A stretch of 62,987 bases of DNA, the filler included, from Folioceros fuciformis (Eukaryota): the NCBI GenBank assembly GCA_049999805.1. It is 6 parts of 6 records of this genome, joined end to end, with 100 filler letters (N's around TTAATTAATTAA, not from the genome) between each part and the next. Parts side by side here need not be neighbours in the genome. Positions count along the whole stretch, not along the records: positions 25,336 to 48,683 come from JBNGIO010006108.1; positions 48,784 to 62,987 come from JBNGIO010006110.1; 4 more parts are not named here. The stretch is one strand, 5' to 3'. Shown here in pieces: positions 46,861 through 59,500 of this stretch (position 1 is the first letter of the stretch; each line of letters starts with the position of its first letter). The translations under genes were made by a program, and so were the position numbers. The notes under the pieces were generated by a model, which saw only the letters and a program-made list of their open reading frames with translations, ran no database searches and was not told the DNA's origin.

Positions 46861-48438
46861 TGGCCTTGGGAGCTAGTGTTCTTGAGTTAAGTTGCTTTTG
46901 TGGTTTTATTTCCTCTTTCTTAAGGGAGACACAAAGAGCGTGACGTGTCAGCTAGTGCGGTTCAAAAGTTGGGGATGTGTGGCCATCCCACCAAAGCGAC
47001 TTAAAAATGTGGAGCTAAAATGTACTGGTGTATGGCCATAATTCACTCCGAGGAAGAGGGGGAGGACCAGACATGATATCTGACATGAATTATGCAGGCA
47101 AATTTCATCCCCGGCACATGGAAAACTGGCAAGTTTCATCCTTCTGACTGGTGTTCGGAGTTCGGCTTTTTCGTGGGCTTTTCTTTTCCTCCTTCCGTAC
47201 AATGCAGCAACATGCACACGTACTTCCTTCCTTACTCTTCCGAGAAAAGGAGGAAGACGTGCTAAGTTTGTTGTTTATGTTACGGGAGCAGGTGATATGA
47301 ACAGTGTGCGGCATCCCACGATCGCAGCAGCCGTCCACCAAACAAATCCATTTATCTTCTTTCCCCTTTACCTTACCTACACATGTGTTGCCATGGCTGT
47401 CCACAAATAGGCTGGCTGTGAAATGATCATGTATGGCAGAAAAAAGGCCGTGCGCCCACCTGGGCCCGGGCAGGTTGGAGCCTAAGATATCCGGGCACTG
47501 ACTGACAGCCGAGCCAATTATGCAAGCCAGTTTGCAGGCCTGGCCTGGCCAGCCCAGGCCAGGCCAGGCAGGATTTCTAGTGGGTGGGATAGTTGGCACT
47601 GGCAAAGCGCAGGCATAGAACTCTTTCCGATTGATTCGTTCCATTCCCTGTGAGAGACGGCCAGTTGTGGGCCCCCAGTTGGCAACAACGGGCCCAAACT
47701 GGGCTCCACCCTTCTTCGCATTCAGTGCTGTGTTGCAGTGCAGTGTGTCTACATCTGGACGCCGCGTACACATGTACATTCATCGCCGTTACAGTTCCGT
47801 TCAGCTTTTGGCAACCCACACACGAGCGATACCTCTGTGAGCAGCTGCTATCACTGTCCGCTTCCGGGGACAAGACCCAAAAGGCAACCAACATGACAAT
47901 TCACATATATCGGTGCTACTTCGAGGAGGAGAGAGGGAACAAAAATGGAAGCATCTGCGCTGCATTATGGGGAATTACAATACTATCACCTGTGGAATGC
48001 GGCTAAGCAGGTGATCTGTCTCGCACCGCAGTGGCACTCATGACAACTAAGTCTCTAACTATTCCGGACAAAGGCCACATCCACAGCCCGTGCTATCACA
48101 CAAGCCCACAGGCTCATCTTCCTACGTTTGCAGAGTGTGAGATGCGAACACATCCGATCTAACACTACAGAGCCAAGAGAAGGGAAGGGAGGAAATACAC
48201 AAGCTAACAAATTTAAGGGCACTGCAAAATTCGACAGCTCTATGGCACAAGGGAATGAGAAAAAATGTTCTGTCAAATCCATGGTCGCTGAGCACTACGA
48301 CAGGAGGCTCCGCAACACCAATGCCCATGAATGAATGTAGTCGGGCAACAGCCACACCGTCCACCTCGCCTCTCCTTCAGGTCGCAGATGAGGCCTCTAT
48401 GATATAACACAGTCGAAAAACCACCCGTCCTGCCTGAC

Positions 48439-48683
48439 CTACAGCAGCAGGAGCCCCGAGGCCACGAGAGTGGCAGACACGACACCCGCCACACTGACAA
48501 CCAGGCCAGCCGCAGCATTGCCGGCCGGAGTCTGAGGAGGGGGGGCGGCAGACGGTCCCCTGGATGGAGTAGGGGACTTGGAGGGAGAGGTAGGCGGAGT
48601 GCTGGATGGCGTGGGGGCCCTGCCTGGAGTGGGAGTAGGCGGCAAGATAGGTGGCGCAGGCACAGGGGTGGTCGGGGCAACGG
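48439..48683 (-). CDS. C-terminus of a Pro/Thr/Ser-rich, GPI-anchored arabinogalactan-like protein (5' part lost at the scaffold end)
   Basis: AP/TP/SP dipeptide-rich stretch followed by GNAA and the hydrophobic tail GLVVSVAGVVSATLVASGLLLL*. Confidence 0.75.
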
Positions 48684-48783
48684 NNNNNNNNNNNNNNNNN
48701 NNNNNNNNNNNNNNNNNNNNNNNNNNNTTAATTAATTAANNNNNNNNNNNNNNNNNNNNNNNNNNNNNNNNNNNNNNNNNNNN
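48684..48783. other. Artificial scaffold-joining linker
   Basis: TTAATTAATTAA at 48728-48739 within Ns. Confidence 0.95.
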
Positions 48784-48823
48784 ATACAAGGGGTTCATGT
48801 CGTCCCTTGGTTGCACTGAAATG

Positions 48824-51237
48824 TCATCTACGGCTGCCATTTCGATGTGAATGATGAGCTTTCTGCAACAGTAGCTTGCACAAGGCAGCACTCATCTCCC
48901 CAAGAGAGATAGGTTTCAACACTACTCCATCCATACCTATTTCCAAGCACCGTTTCTGTGTACCCTTGTCAGTGTTTGCAGTTAAGGCTATCACCAGTGG
49001 GCGCTCCTCTGGCCTAAATCTCTGATGAATCTGCATTGCTACTTCATACCCGTCCATCTCCGGCATGCAAAGGTCAAGTAGGAGCACTTCAAACGTTCTA
49101 CCAGGTTGAGCTAAGGTGGCTAGACACTGGTGGCCAGATTCTACAACTGTTGTGTTACACCCTAATCGGTCCAGCAGTCTGCGGGTGACAATCCTGTTTA
49201 CACTGTTGTCATCGGTGACCAAAACTTTCAGACCTTTGAGATCTGCTTTGTTAAGAGCCTCATCCCTGATTTTCCGCTCCTTTTCAATAGAGGAGTTCTG
49301 CAGCTGAAGCCTAACAATGAATGTGACCGTGGACCCCTTACCCAAGCCCTCACTTTCAATCCAGATGTGCCCATGCATGAGCTGCACCAGGAAACACAGG
49401 TAAAAGTTGGTAACCGTTCAAGAAGAGACATCATACAGAACCACACTGCTAACCAACCAACCAAACCATTCTGAATACCGGTAGCAGTAAAGGAGATTAC
49501 CTGAACGAATTTCTTACAAATGGCCAGACCTAACCCTGTCCCCCCATAGTCCCTAGTCGTAGTACTATCAGCCTGAACAAACTTTTGGAACAGCCTTGGA
49601 ATATCACTGTCTTTCACCCCAAGACCTGTGTCTCTCACCTCAATTCGAATGTAAACAAACCCTTCACAAGGAGAAGGTCTCCAAGCTGGATTGGCAGGGT
49701 CTCGTTTGTTTTCGAGCCGTTCAACTGTCACATGCACATGCACACGGCCATGCTTCGTGAATTTCACAGCATTCCCAATTACGTTCAGTGAGGTCTGCAA
49801 AAGCCTTTTGTCATCGCCGATAACATAGGTGGGGACATCATCCGCAACTTCAAAAATGAAATCTAAACCTTTCCCTTTAGCCATAGGTTTAGCCAGATTT
49901 CCTGCCTCACGCAAGACAGTGGGTAGGTCAAAGGGGCCAAGCTCAAGGGTAAGACTACCATCCTCCAGGCGGGAGAAATCCAACACATCATTGATCAGGG
50001 TAGAAAGGAGGCTACTACTTTTTACTACTGTCTCCACCATAGACTTCTGTTCAGCATTCAAGGACGACTCTTGAAGGAGTGAGGAGAGAGCAATGATTGC
50101 ATGCATGGGAGTCCGCATCTCATGATTCATAACGGCAAGGAAATCATTTCGGGCCCTGATCGCAGTGTCAGCGTCCTGCCTTGCCTGCTGCAATGCCTTG
50201 TTTTGCTCAATAAGTTGGTCTCTTGTTCTTTGAGACTCTTCCAGAACAGCAGCATGAGAAAGGGCAACTGCTACCTGATCCGCCACTCCTTCAGCCATCT
50301 CCAATTCATGGGACCTCCACGTCCGACCACTCTCACCAGGTAGCACTAATACCATAACAGCGTACGAGGCGTCCACCATAGCCATATGCAGCAAAGGGAG
50401 TCTGACTGCTGCCGTTGCACCTACCAGTTGTCTGCGATTACTTTCTCTACCTAGAGGACAGGTTGGAGGAATAACGACAGTCCCATAAGAGGAGATCACA
50501 TCTAAAACGAACGGATCGTCTGCAGGTACTGTCACCGGCACTTGCAACAACCGACGCTCCAGCTCGTGGGTGAGCTCCAACACATTCAGATTAGGATTGG
50601 GCATCCAAACTGTGCAATTCTCCAAACACAACGTCTTGGCTAGCTCTACAAGTGTCGTGTTGAGGATGGTGTGACGATCCAAGGAACTGCGGATCTCATG
50701 AGTCAGCATTCTCACATGTCGACCAGCCTCCTCCTGTGCTTTGATCATATCCATCTCCCTATCTAACTCAGCAGCCTTATGCTTCAAAAAGTGCTCCCTC
50801 ACTTTCACCTGCAATAACTCGGGAATGATGTGAATGAGAGTTATTGCAGTAGCACAGGAAACAAGAGCCGTCAAAACCTTCAATATAGTCTGCACCAGCA
50901 TGATGAAGAAAGAATGGGGACCATATGTCCAGATAGATATAAAGTGGGTCAACCCACAGAGGACGATGAAGGCCCCAAACTGGATGAGGATCCATCTGAA
51001 CGGGAGCATCTTAGAGCAGCTCACAAAGTAGAGGAGTTCCAGGGGTATGGAGAAGTAGGCGAGTGCAATCAAAAAATCACTCCCCAGTTGGAGGCGAGCA
51101 AGTGTCTCCAATCCCCACAGATCATCCTCACAGGAGCATCTGGACAGACCTGCGCCGGTTGTGTCCTGGGCACTACCAATCACCACCACTGCCAAAATCC
51201 CAACAAGCGCCATGGATGCCTCCCAGAACAGCCCCAT
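48824..51237 (-). CDS. Ethylene receptor (ETR-type: ethylene-binding TMs, GAF, His kinase, receiver). Exons 51237-49501 and 49381-48824
   Basis: SDFLIALAYFSIPLEL, QFGAFIVLCGLTH, GRHVRMLTHEIRSSLDRHTIL, VADQVAVALSHA, MNHEMRTP, GNAVKFT, DTGLG, GTGLGLAIC, TDDNSVNR, LDLCMPEMDG, LKP. Confidence 0.96.
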
Positions 51238-53003
51238 GGTACACACTTGCACAGCAGGAACGGCCACTTCCTCAGCCAAACCCAACCGGGGACCTGCCAC
51301 AGGGCACCAAATGCAACAAAAAAGTCAGCACCCATCAGATCTCTCAAAAACCCTCACCTCCACAACGTCACAAATCCACGAATCAGTCAAACTCCTTCAC
51401 CACCCACCACGAGCTGCCGTCTTCTCCACAACCTTGATCTACCAAGCATCGCCGTTCAGCCACACCATCCCATACCCACATCTGACAAACGAAAGCCTCC
51501 TCACCTGAATCTAGATCGTCAACTAGTGGATCACGGCGAAACCTTGGGTCCCCAAAAGCCATACCCTCAACCACGCAATATACACCCAAAAACCAGCTCA
51601 GAATCAAATCCCAACCTCCTAAAATTCCAGTCGTCCTGCAGCTGACATCCGGCCTGACAGCGGCATCACCACTCCAAGCTTACACGACCTCTCCCACCAG
51701 CCTGCTACTGCTGTTGCTGCTACTGGATGCAAAAACTAATCTTGAGCACGGCATGAGCTTTGCTTTCTCAGATCAAAACTCCCTCCTTGGCTTGGCCCCA
51801 AATCCTGAGACCCATAAACCCTAGGCTGCGACAGCAATCGGGCCACCACCTCCACATTCCTGCTGTGNNNNNNNNNNNNNNNNNNNNNNNNNNNNNNNNN
51901 NNNNNNNNNNNNNNNNNNNNNNNNNNNNNNNNNNNNNNNNNNNNNNNNNNNNNNNNNNNNNNNNNNNCCAGTCTAGGATTCCGCCTCCCGCACAGACATG
52001 TCGGGCTCCTGTGCTGCTCAGCCGAGATACCACCCACCAGGAGAAAGGGAAGAGGAGAAGGATGGAGCGCTCACGCGCACAGACAGCAAACAGGAGCCAA
52101 TCGCGCACCACAGTGGCCAGCCAGGACTCACACCCGGACCCAGTCATCAGCTGTCCCGCGAACAATGCCGGTCTCGGCTTGCGACTCGCAGCCCAAAACG
52201 GCCCCGCTTGCTACATTATTGAAAGCATTAAATGCACAACTCCAGGCAGCCACGTGACATCCGGAGCTGCTTGTGTGGACCCATCCTCCTCGGCCATGTG
52301 GCTATCTGATGTATTCCGGGAATGTTTTCTTCTCTGGCACCGCCGGTATCGAAGGCTCCGGCGCCGAGAGGTGAAAACGCGGCGGCTCCTGATTGCACCA
52401 GCAAGTCGCGTTTTCTTCACCCCAGCCTGCTACGAGCCCGGCGGGAACTTTCGGGTAGGCTTGAAAGTACCCAGGATGAAAGGGAGTTGGTTGGTTGAGC
52501 TCATCCAACACAGGCCCTGGCCAAGTGACACGGCGGTGGATCTGCGGGAGATCGCCTGCACGCACGCTACTCCCTCCCAGCCCGCCGCGTGTCCCCACAA
52601 ACCACCCACCTGTTGAGACAATACACGCCTGGGCCTGCAATGCGTTCAACAAACCAGAAGAATGTCTATCCCGAGCTGCAGCAGTTATGTCGTAGGGACG
52701 TACATCTGGGCCCGGTGCAGATCTTTCGAGATTGGGCTCCATGTGAAAGCCTGTTGCGTCCTGGAGTCCTGGACCTGGAATTCCTGGATCAACAGCAACT
52801 GCCCCTTCAACCATGACTTCATCAAGCAGCCACGAAATGTATCAAGCGGTAGATCTACCACCAAGTAGGATCTGGATGCTCACAGTGATCAGAGTCCAAT
52901 CCAGTCTGACACATATACTGGTTCTCTCTAGGCTTTTTACACGGAATGACAGCAGTAAGCTGTAGAGAGGAATTATGTACACACGGTACGCTCTGGAATC
53001 CAG

Positions 53004-54406
53004 TCAAGGGCCCGTTTCCTCCAGGATGGCACATCCCAGCACCTGACCCCTCGAGAGTCCCATGCACGCAACAGTCCTCCACACGGCAGCTCCATCTCCG
53101 ACACCTGGCCTGCATGCCAGCACCGAGTTCAGCCTGACCACGTCGAACTTTTTCCAGTGCTCGGGAGAGGGCTTCCACGTCAGCAGCTTGCCACCCAGCA
53201 CGTACAGCTCATCCTTGAGGCCGATGAGGCCGAAGTTGAAGCCCTTGTGGCGACGGCCTTCTGCTGTATCCACGCCGGGGACGGCAGAAACGCTCATCCA
53301 CGTTTTGGTCTCCGGCTCATAGGCCTTGATGGTGTTACCGTCCCAGTCGTCCAGAGCATACATTCTGCCGTTCATAGCCGTGACGGGACAAGGCATCTGC
53401 CGGGAAAAGAGCCAAACGTCTTGGAGCGAGTACCACACAGCCTGGGCAGGGTCATAGATGTCCACCGTCCTCTGGTCATGGTGGTTCTCCACCAGACCAG
53501 CTATCACGTAGAACAAGCCGTTGAGGGAAACCCCGACACAGTCTTCTCTGCCGGTGGGTAGAGGCGGAATATCCTCCCACCTGCAAAAAGAAAAAAAAAA
53601 TCAGCAAGGGCGAATCCTGTTATCCGGAGGAATTAGTTGCTAAACAAGAGTCCACAAGAAACGGAATGATCAAAAACCATCACCCCGTCCGACTCCTACC
53701 TATCCGCCACAGGATCATACACCTCTGCATCAGCAAGGGGCTCCTTCTTGTGAGAAGTGCAGCCTCCCGCAACATAAACCTTACCACCGATGGCTGCACA
53801 TGCGAAATTGCATCGTGGAACCCTCATCGATGCTGCTCTGCTCCATTGCCGTGAGAATGGGTCAAAAGCCAGCACTTCGTCAGTGGCAAAGAATTTGATG
53901 GGCTGCATCGGAGGTTCGCAAGCGGCATAGTGCCCACCGAGCACCAACAATTTCTTCATAACCCCGACAGAAACAAAGCCATAGTGACGCCGCTGAGCAC
54001 TCACCCCTGCACCGCCACCATGCATGCGCCATAGAATCAAGTCACATCACAAGACCACACTAAACACCTCCAAAAACGCCACTGACACAAACCAGCGAAT
54101 CCATCGTCACACCCCATTTGTTCTTGTACCTGGCATCGATGGCAACGGATGCCACTTCCCAGCAGCTGGATCGAATGCAGTCCATCTACCATCCCTAGGC
54201 TCCTCCGTCAGCACAAACAGCCAGTCCCCGCATCTGCCTTCTCTGAGCTGGCAATTGGCGTACTCACGGCTCCCAAGCACATGCTGCCATGACTTGCACA
54301 CTGCTCGCAGAACTCCATGAAAACCGTGAGGAATCTTTGCCAAACACAGCAAAGCTAGGTCGTTCGGCAGGCCAGGAATCAGCAGCTCCTCTTCGCCACC
54401 CTCCAT
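53004..54406 (-). CDS. F-box/kelch-repeat protein (3 exons)
   Basis: LIPGLPNDLALLCLAKIP F-box, and kelch motifs LLVLGG, WSRAASMRVPRCNFACAAIGGKVYVAGG, AEVYDP, FYVIAG, LYVLGG. Confidence 0.92.
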
Positions 54407-55199
54407 CTTGCCCCTGTGACCATGACATCATAGATCTCTAAGACAATGTATCAAAACGGACACGGCTGGTCTAGCTCATCACAGGGTCACAGGGGTGACA
54501 AAGGCCCGGTGGGGGTAGGGGAAACGGGTGCTAGGTCACCTGGATTCAGAAGACAACCCCGGCCTTCCAGATCCAAAGCCCATGCATTTTCGCGATCTGA
54601 CCTAATGCCCGCAATCGAGTACCCACGCAAACCAGGGTGCTAGCTATCGTGCCTTTAATCTGGCTGCCATCGCCCGATCGCCTGATCTCCCGCTGCCGAG
54701 GCCATTCAACTCCAAGGTGTCCTTTCGAGTCAGTGAGAAACTCGATCAGGTTCACCTAACCCGACCCCGGCTAAAGTTAACTGTGCTACTTCCTTTCCCC
54801 ATGCTTTCTTCGGCCACATCGTTTCAAGACCCTGGGTCCAACAAGGCGGAGAGACCCACCGGTCGTCCAAAGAACCCCGCGGAAGAAGAACGCTATGTTC
54901 GGCGTAGGATTGCAGACGACACGATCGTTAGCAAAACGTCTATTACAGTGCGCAATTTTCTCTGTCAACTGGGGCTTATACGTCACCCCAGAACGCCGAA
55001 TGGGTTTCCCTTGTTTTGAGGTCTTGGCTCTCGTTCCTTCCCACCACATTTCCCCTACGTTCACACGGACACTGGACAGAGCAAGTATCTCTGCTCAGTT
55101 TAGTCGCCTCTCCAGAACCCACGTAGAGCCAATCACCTCAGGACAAAGCTTAGTCCAGCTCACCAAGTTTGGTACAGAAAAGCGGCCGTGACAAGTCTC

Positions 55200-56265
55200 C
55201 CAACAAAGACAACACAGTTTGCACATGGCAGCACCTCACGCAAGACAGAGGACAGTAGAGAACTCAAAGGGGTCAGGCTCAAAGGTAAGACTCCCATCCT
55301 CCAAGCTGCTGGAGAAATCCAGCACATCATTGATCAGGGTAGAAAGAAGGCTACTGCTTTTTCGACTTGTCTGCACCTTGTACTTCTAGAACTGTTCAGG
55401 ATTCAAGTACGACTCATGAAGGAGTGAGCAGAGAGCAGTCATCGCATACGTCGGAGTCATCTCATGATGCATGACGGCAAGGGAATCAATTCTAGCCCTG
55501 ATTGCAGTGCTGGGGTCCTGCGTTGCCTGCTGTAGTCAGTGCCTTGTTCTTGGTCTCTGGTTCTCTGGGACTCTTCCACAACGAGAGCATGAGAGGGCAT
55601 CACTCACCTGAATGGCCCTCTTCAGGCATCTCCAGGTCATAAGACCGCCGACCACTCTCTAGGCAGCACCACCACCGTGACAGCATACGAGGCGTCCACC
55701 ATAGACATATGCAGCAAAGGGAGTCTGACTGCTGCTGTTGCACCTACGAACTGCCTGTCGTACCTTTCTCTTCCTTGAGGGCAGGTTCAAGGAAAAACAA
55801 GGGCCCCCGTAGGAGGAGATTGCATCCAAACCAAAGGAATCCGTCTCGGCAACTTGCAACAACCGCCGGTCCAGCTCGTGGGTGAGCTCCAACACCTTCA
55901 GATTGGGATTGGGCAGCCAAATTGTGCAATTCTCCATACACAACGTCTTGGCGAGCTCCACGAGTGTCGTGTTAAGGATGGCGTGGCGATCCAAGGAACT
56001 GCGGATCTCATGAGTCAGCATTCTCACATGTCGACTAGCCTCTTCCTGTCCTTTGATCATATCCATATCCCTCTCTAACACCGCAGCTTTATGCTTCAAA
56101 AAGCTCTCCCTCGCTTTCACCTGCAATAACTCTGGAACGATGTGGGTGAGAGTGATTGCAGGAGCACAGGAAACAAGAGCCGTCAGCACCTTCAGTACAG
56201 TCTGCACCAGCATGATGAACGACGAATGGGGCTCATTATTTCCAGATGGATATAAAGTGGGTAAA
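55200..56265 (-). pseudogene. Partial, degenerate duplicate of the ethylene receptor gene
   Basis: PHSSFIMLVQTVLKVLTALVSCAPAITL...RHVRMLTHEIRSSLDRHAILNTTLVELAKTL is nearly identical to the 48824-51237 gene. Downstream GAF/HisKA sequence carries indels, and TM1, most of TM2 and the C-terminus are absent. Confidence 0.88.
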
Positions 56266-56550
56266 TCCAGAGAACAGAAATCAGGTTTCATCTCCGCTAA
56301 GCTCAACACATTTCACCTGATCCCTTTAAGTTCCGGAGTTCACCTATTTGCTTCAGACACCATCCCCTCAGGAGGAAACATTCAATTCCGTTTTTCTGTC
56401 TCCATGTGGGTGGGGATACTTTGTCCGTGGCAGCCACCCATTTTTGCTGTCTCAGTTTGAACAGGAATGGCCTTCAGCAAGCATGATCGCCCGTCACAAG
56501 AAGCATATGCCGTGGCACACGCAAATAAGAACTGGCAAGTTCTCCCCTTC

Positions 56551-59500
56551 TCATGGTCGCCCCTTACAACTGCAGCACCCAGCTGCGAATCGATGCACAC
56601 GGTACCCATCCCTTACAACAATGTCTCTCTTTTCCAGCCGCGACATGATCTCAGTGGAACTGTGGCAGTCACTGCACATGCGTAAGTTCTTGGTTACCAT
56701 CAGAGGGGTCCCACTCGGAGTGCTCAACAGGCCAAACGCCAGGGCTAGCTTCTCAGCATGCCCACAAAGCGCGTCTTCCTTTTCCTGCTCACACACTGGC
56801 TTCAACACCAACCTTGTAACCGGTACGTGACCTCCCTCCTGCTTCACGCGTGCATTCATGCCCTCTACCTTAAGCGCAATATCATCTCTGGTTTCTCCCA
56901 CCATAAAGCTATGTACATTCCTGTCCACCTCAATGGTCGCCACTGCAGGTTTCTTGTTGGCTCCTGCAGCCCTTCTCCGTGCCTCAGTCCTGTCTACATC
57001 GGCCCACCTACCTGCATCCGCATAGGCATTGGCCATGAGCACATAAGCAGCCGCCTCCTGGGGGTCCAGCCTAACGATGCTTTCAAAACAGATCATCGCT
57101 CTCTCCAAATCCCCGTGATTTTTGCAGGCATTCAACAAAGACGTCAATCCCACAACATTATTTTGGTCCTCGCATGAGGATAGCATCTTCTCGGCCTCAT
57201 CCAAGTAGCCAGCACGACCAAGAAGATCGATCATGCAGTTGTAATGCTCAATAGTTGGTTTGATGCCATGCTGTTCAGCCATGGAATCAAAGTGCTTGCG
57301 ACCCTCGTGGACCAGTCCCTCATGACTGCACGCTGCTAAAAGGCAAGTAAAAGTAGCATCAATAGGTTGAATCCCGGCAGCTAACATCTCCTCAAAACAA
57401 ACTAGTGCCTTGTGGCCTTCATCACAAGTACCATACCCAGATATCAGGGCGGTCCAAGTCACCACATCCCTCGCGTTCATGCTGTCAAAAGTTTGTCGTG
57501 CATCCTCCAATTCACCACATTTTGCATACATGTCCACTAGGCAGGTGCCCAACACTACGTTATCCATCAATCCTCTTTCAACCATATGCAAGTGCAGCTG
57601 CCTGCCCATCTTTAAGGCACCAGTGCTTCCACAGGCCTTCAGAAGGCAAGCAAGAGTAGCATCGTCAGCCAAAGTGAGGCCCGCCTCCTCCATTTGTCCA
57701 TACAAACCAAGCGCCTCTTGGCAGTGCCCATTCTGTGCATGCCCAGCAATCAGAGCGGTCCACGTCACCACATTCTTTGTTGCCAAGCCATAAAACACCT
57801 GGCGTGCATCTTCCAGTTCACCACATTTTGCATACATGTCCACCAGGCTGGTACCCACCAGAACGTCATCCAGCATTCCTCTTTCGACAATCTGTGAGTG
57901 CAGCTGCCTGCCCTTCTCTAAGGCCCCAGTGCTTGCACAGGCCTTCAGGAGGCAAGCAAAAGTAACCTGGTTAGCCAAAATGAGGCCAGCAACCTCCATT
58001 TGTCCATATACAACAAGCGCCTTTTGGCAAAGTCCTTGTTGTGCATACCCACCAATCAGTGCATTCCATGTCACCACATCCTTTGAGTTCATGCTGTCGA
58101 AAATCTGGTGTGCTTCTTCCAGCTCACAACATTTTGCATACATGTCCACCAGGCAGGTGCCCAGCACTACGTTATCCAGCAGTCCTCTTTCCACAATCTG
58201 CGAGTGCAGCTGCCTGCCTTTCTGTAAGGCACCGGTGCTCGCACAGACCTTCAGAAGGCAAGCAAGGGTAACATGGTTAGCCAAAACAAGGCCTTCCTGC
58301 TCCATTTGTTCGTACAGAACAAGCGCCTCTTGGCCGAGTCCTTGCTGTGCATACCCAGCAATCAGTGCCGTCCAGGTGACCACGTCCTTCGTGCACATGC
58401 TTTCAAAGATCTGGCGTGCAGCTTCCAGCTCACCACATCTTGCATACCCAGATAACAGGGCATTCCATGTCACCACATCCTTTGTCCCCATCTTGTCGAA
58501 AACCTGGCGAGCATCTTCCAGTTCGCCACATTTTGCATACATGTCTACCAGGCAGTTGCTAACAAACAAGTTGGTAGGAATGCCACTGAGTAGCACATCA
58601 GAGTGCACTTTCCTGCCAGACACTAAGTCCGCGGCCAATGCACAAGCTTGTAGGGCAGCTACAAAGACATGGGCATTGGCCTTCACTCCCGACCTACGCA
58701 TCTCATGGTACAGTTGTACGGCCTCATTAGGTCTCCCATGCTTCGCGTATGCAGAAATTATGGAAAACCACATGAAGGCATCTGGTTTCCCCACCTTGGT
58801 GAACACATCCATGGCCTCCTCTAGCCTACCTCCACGTGCATACATGCGCAAGATATGGTTCCCCAAGTAAGCACTCGAGTCGCACCCAAGTTTGACAACA
58901 ACATCATGCACTCGTCGCCCCATAACCAAATCCCTCTTAGCCGTACACAGTTTCAGTACAGTGTAGAGGAGAGACTGAGAGATGGCAGAGCCTGTCTGTG
59001 CCAGAGATTCCAGCGCTGCAACGGACTCAGAAAGCTTCCCCTGGTGACACAACATGCTTACAGTGTCAGCCGTGACCACGCCCATTCCCATTCCCATTCC
59101 CATTCCCGATCCTGCACGCCTGCCAGTTTCAGCGTCATCCGGAGATCTCAACCGGGAAGGAGAGGCACCTTGCCCAATGTGCATATCCAACGAAATGAGC
59201 TGCTCATCAACCCATGACGGCTTGAATACGTTGTTTAACCACAGGACCTCACCGGACCCCTTGCGCCGGAAGTCAGGCGAACGGGAGCTCTGCTTATCTC
59301 GCCTGTTGTCCCACCACATGGTTGGCTCCAGAAAAAATTGCTGCCACAAGTGCTCCTGCTCCCGACCAAGACCATCGCTGGAAAACACGTCCCCACCCAC
59401 ACACTCCTTCCGAAATGGAAGTGCCGGGCTCCTTACACTGCTGCACCTGGCCGCTTGGTTTGCCAAGGGTTCACTCCCTGAGGTGAGGTGAGGCAAGGGT

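Noticed and set aside
57836-58870. 344-aa plus-strand ORF and similar antisense ORFs over the PPR, ETR and helicase genes
   Set aside because: These are antisense shadows of repetitive, codon-biased coding sequence.
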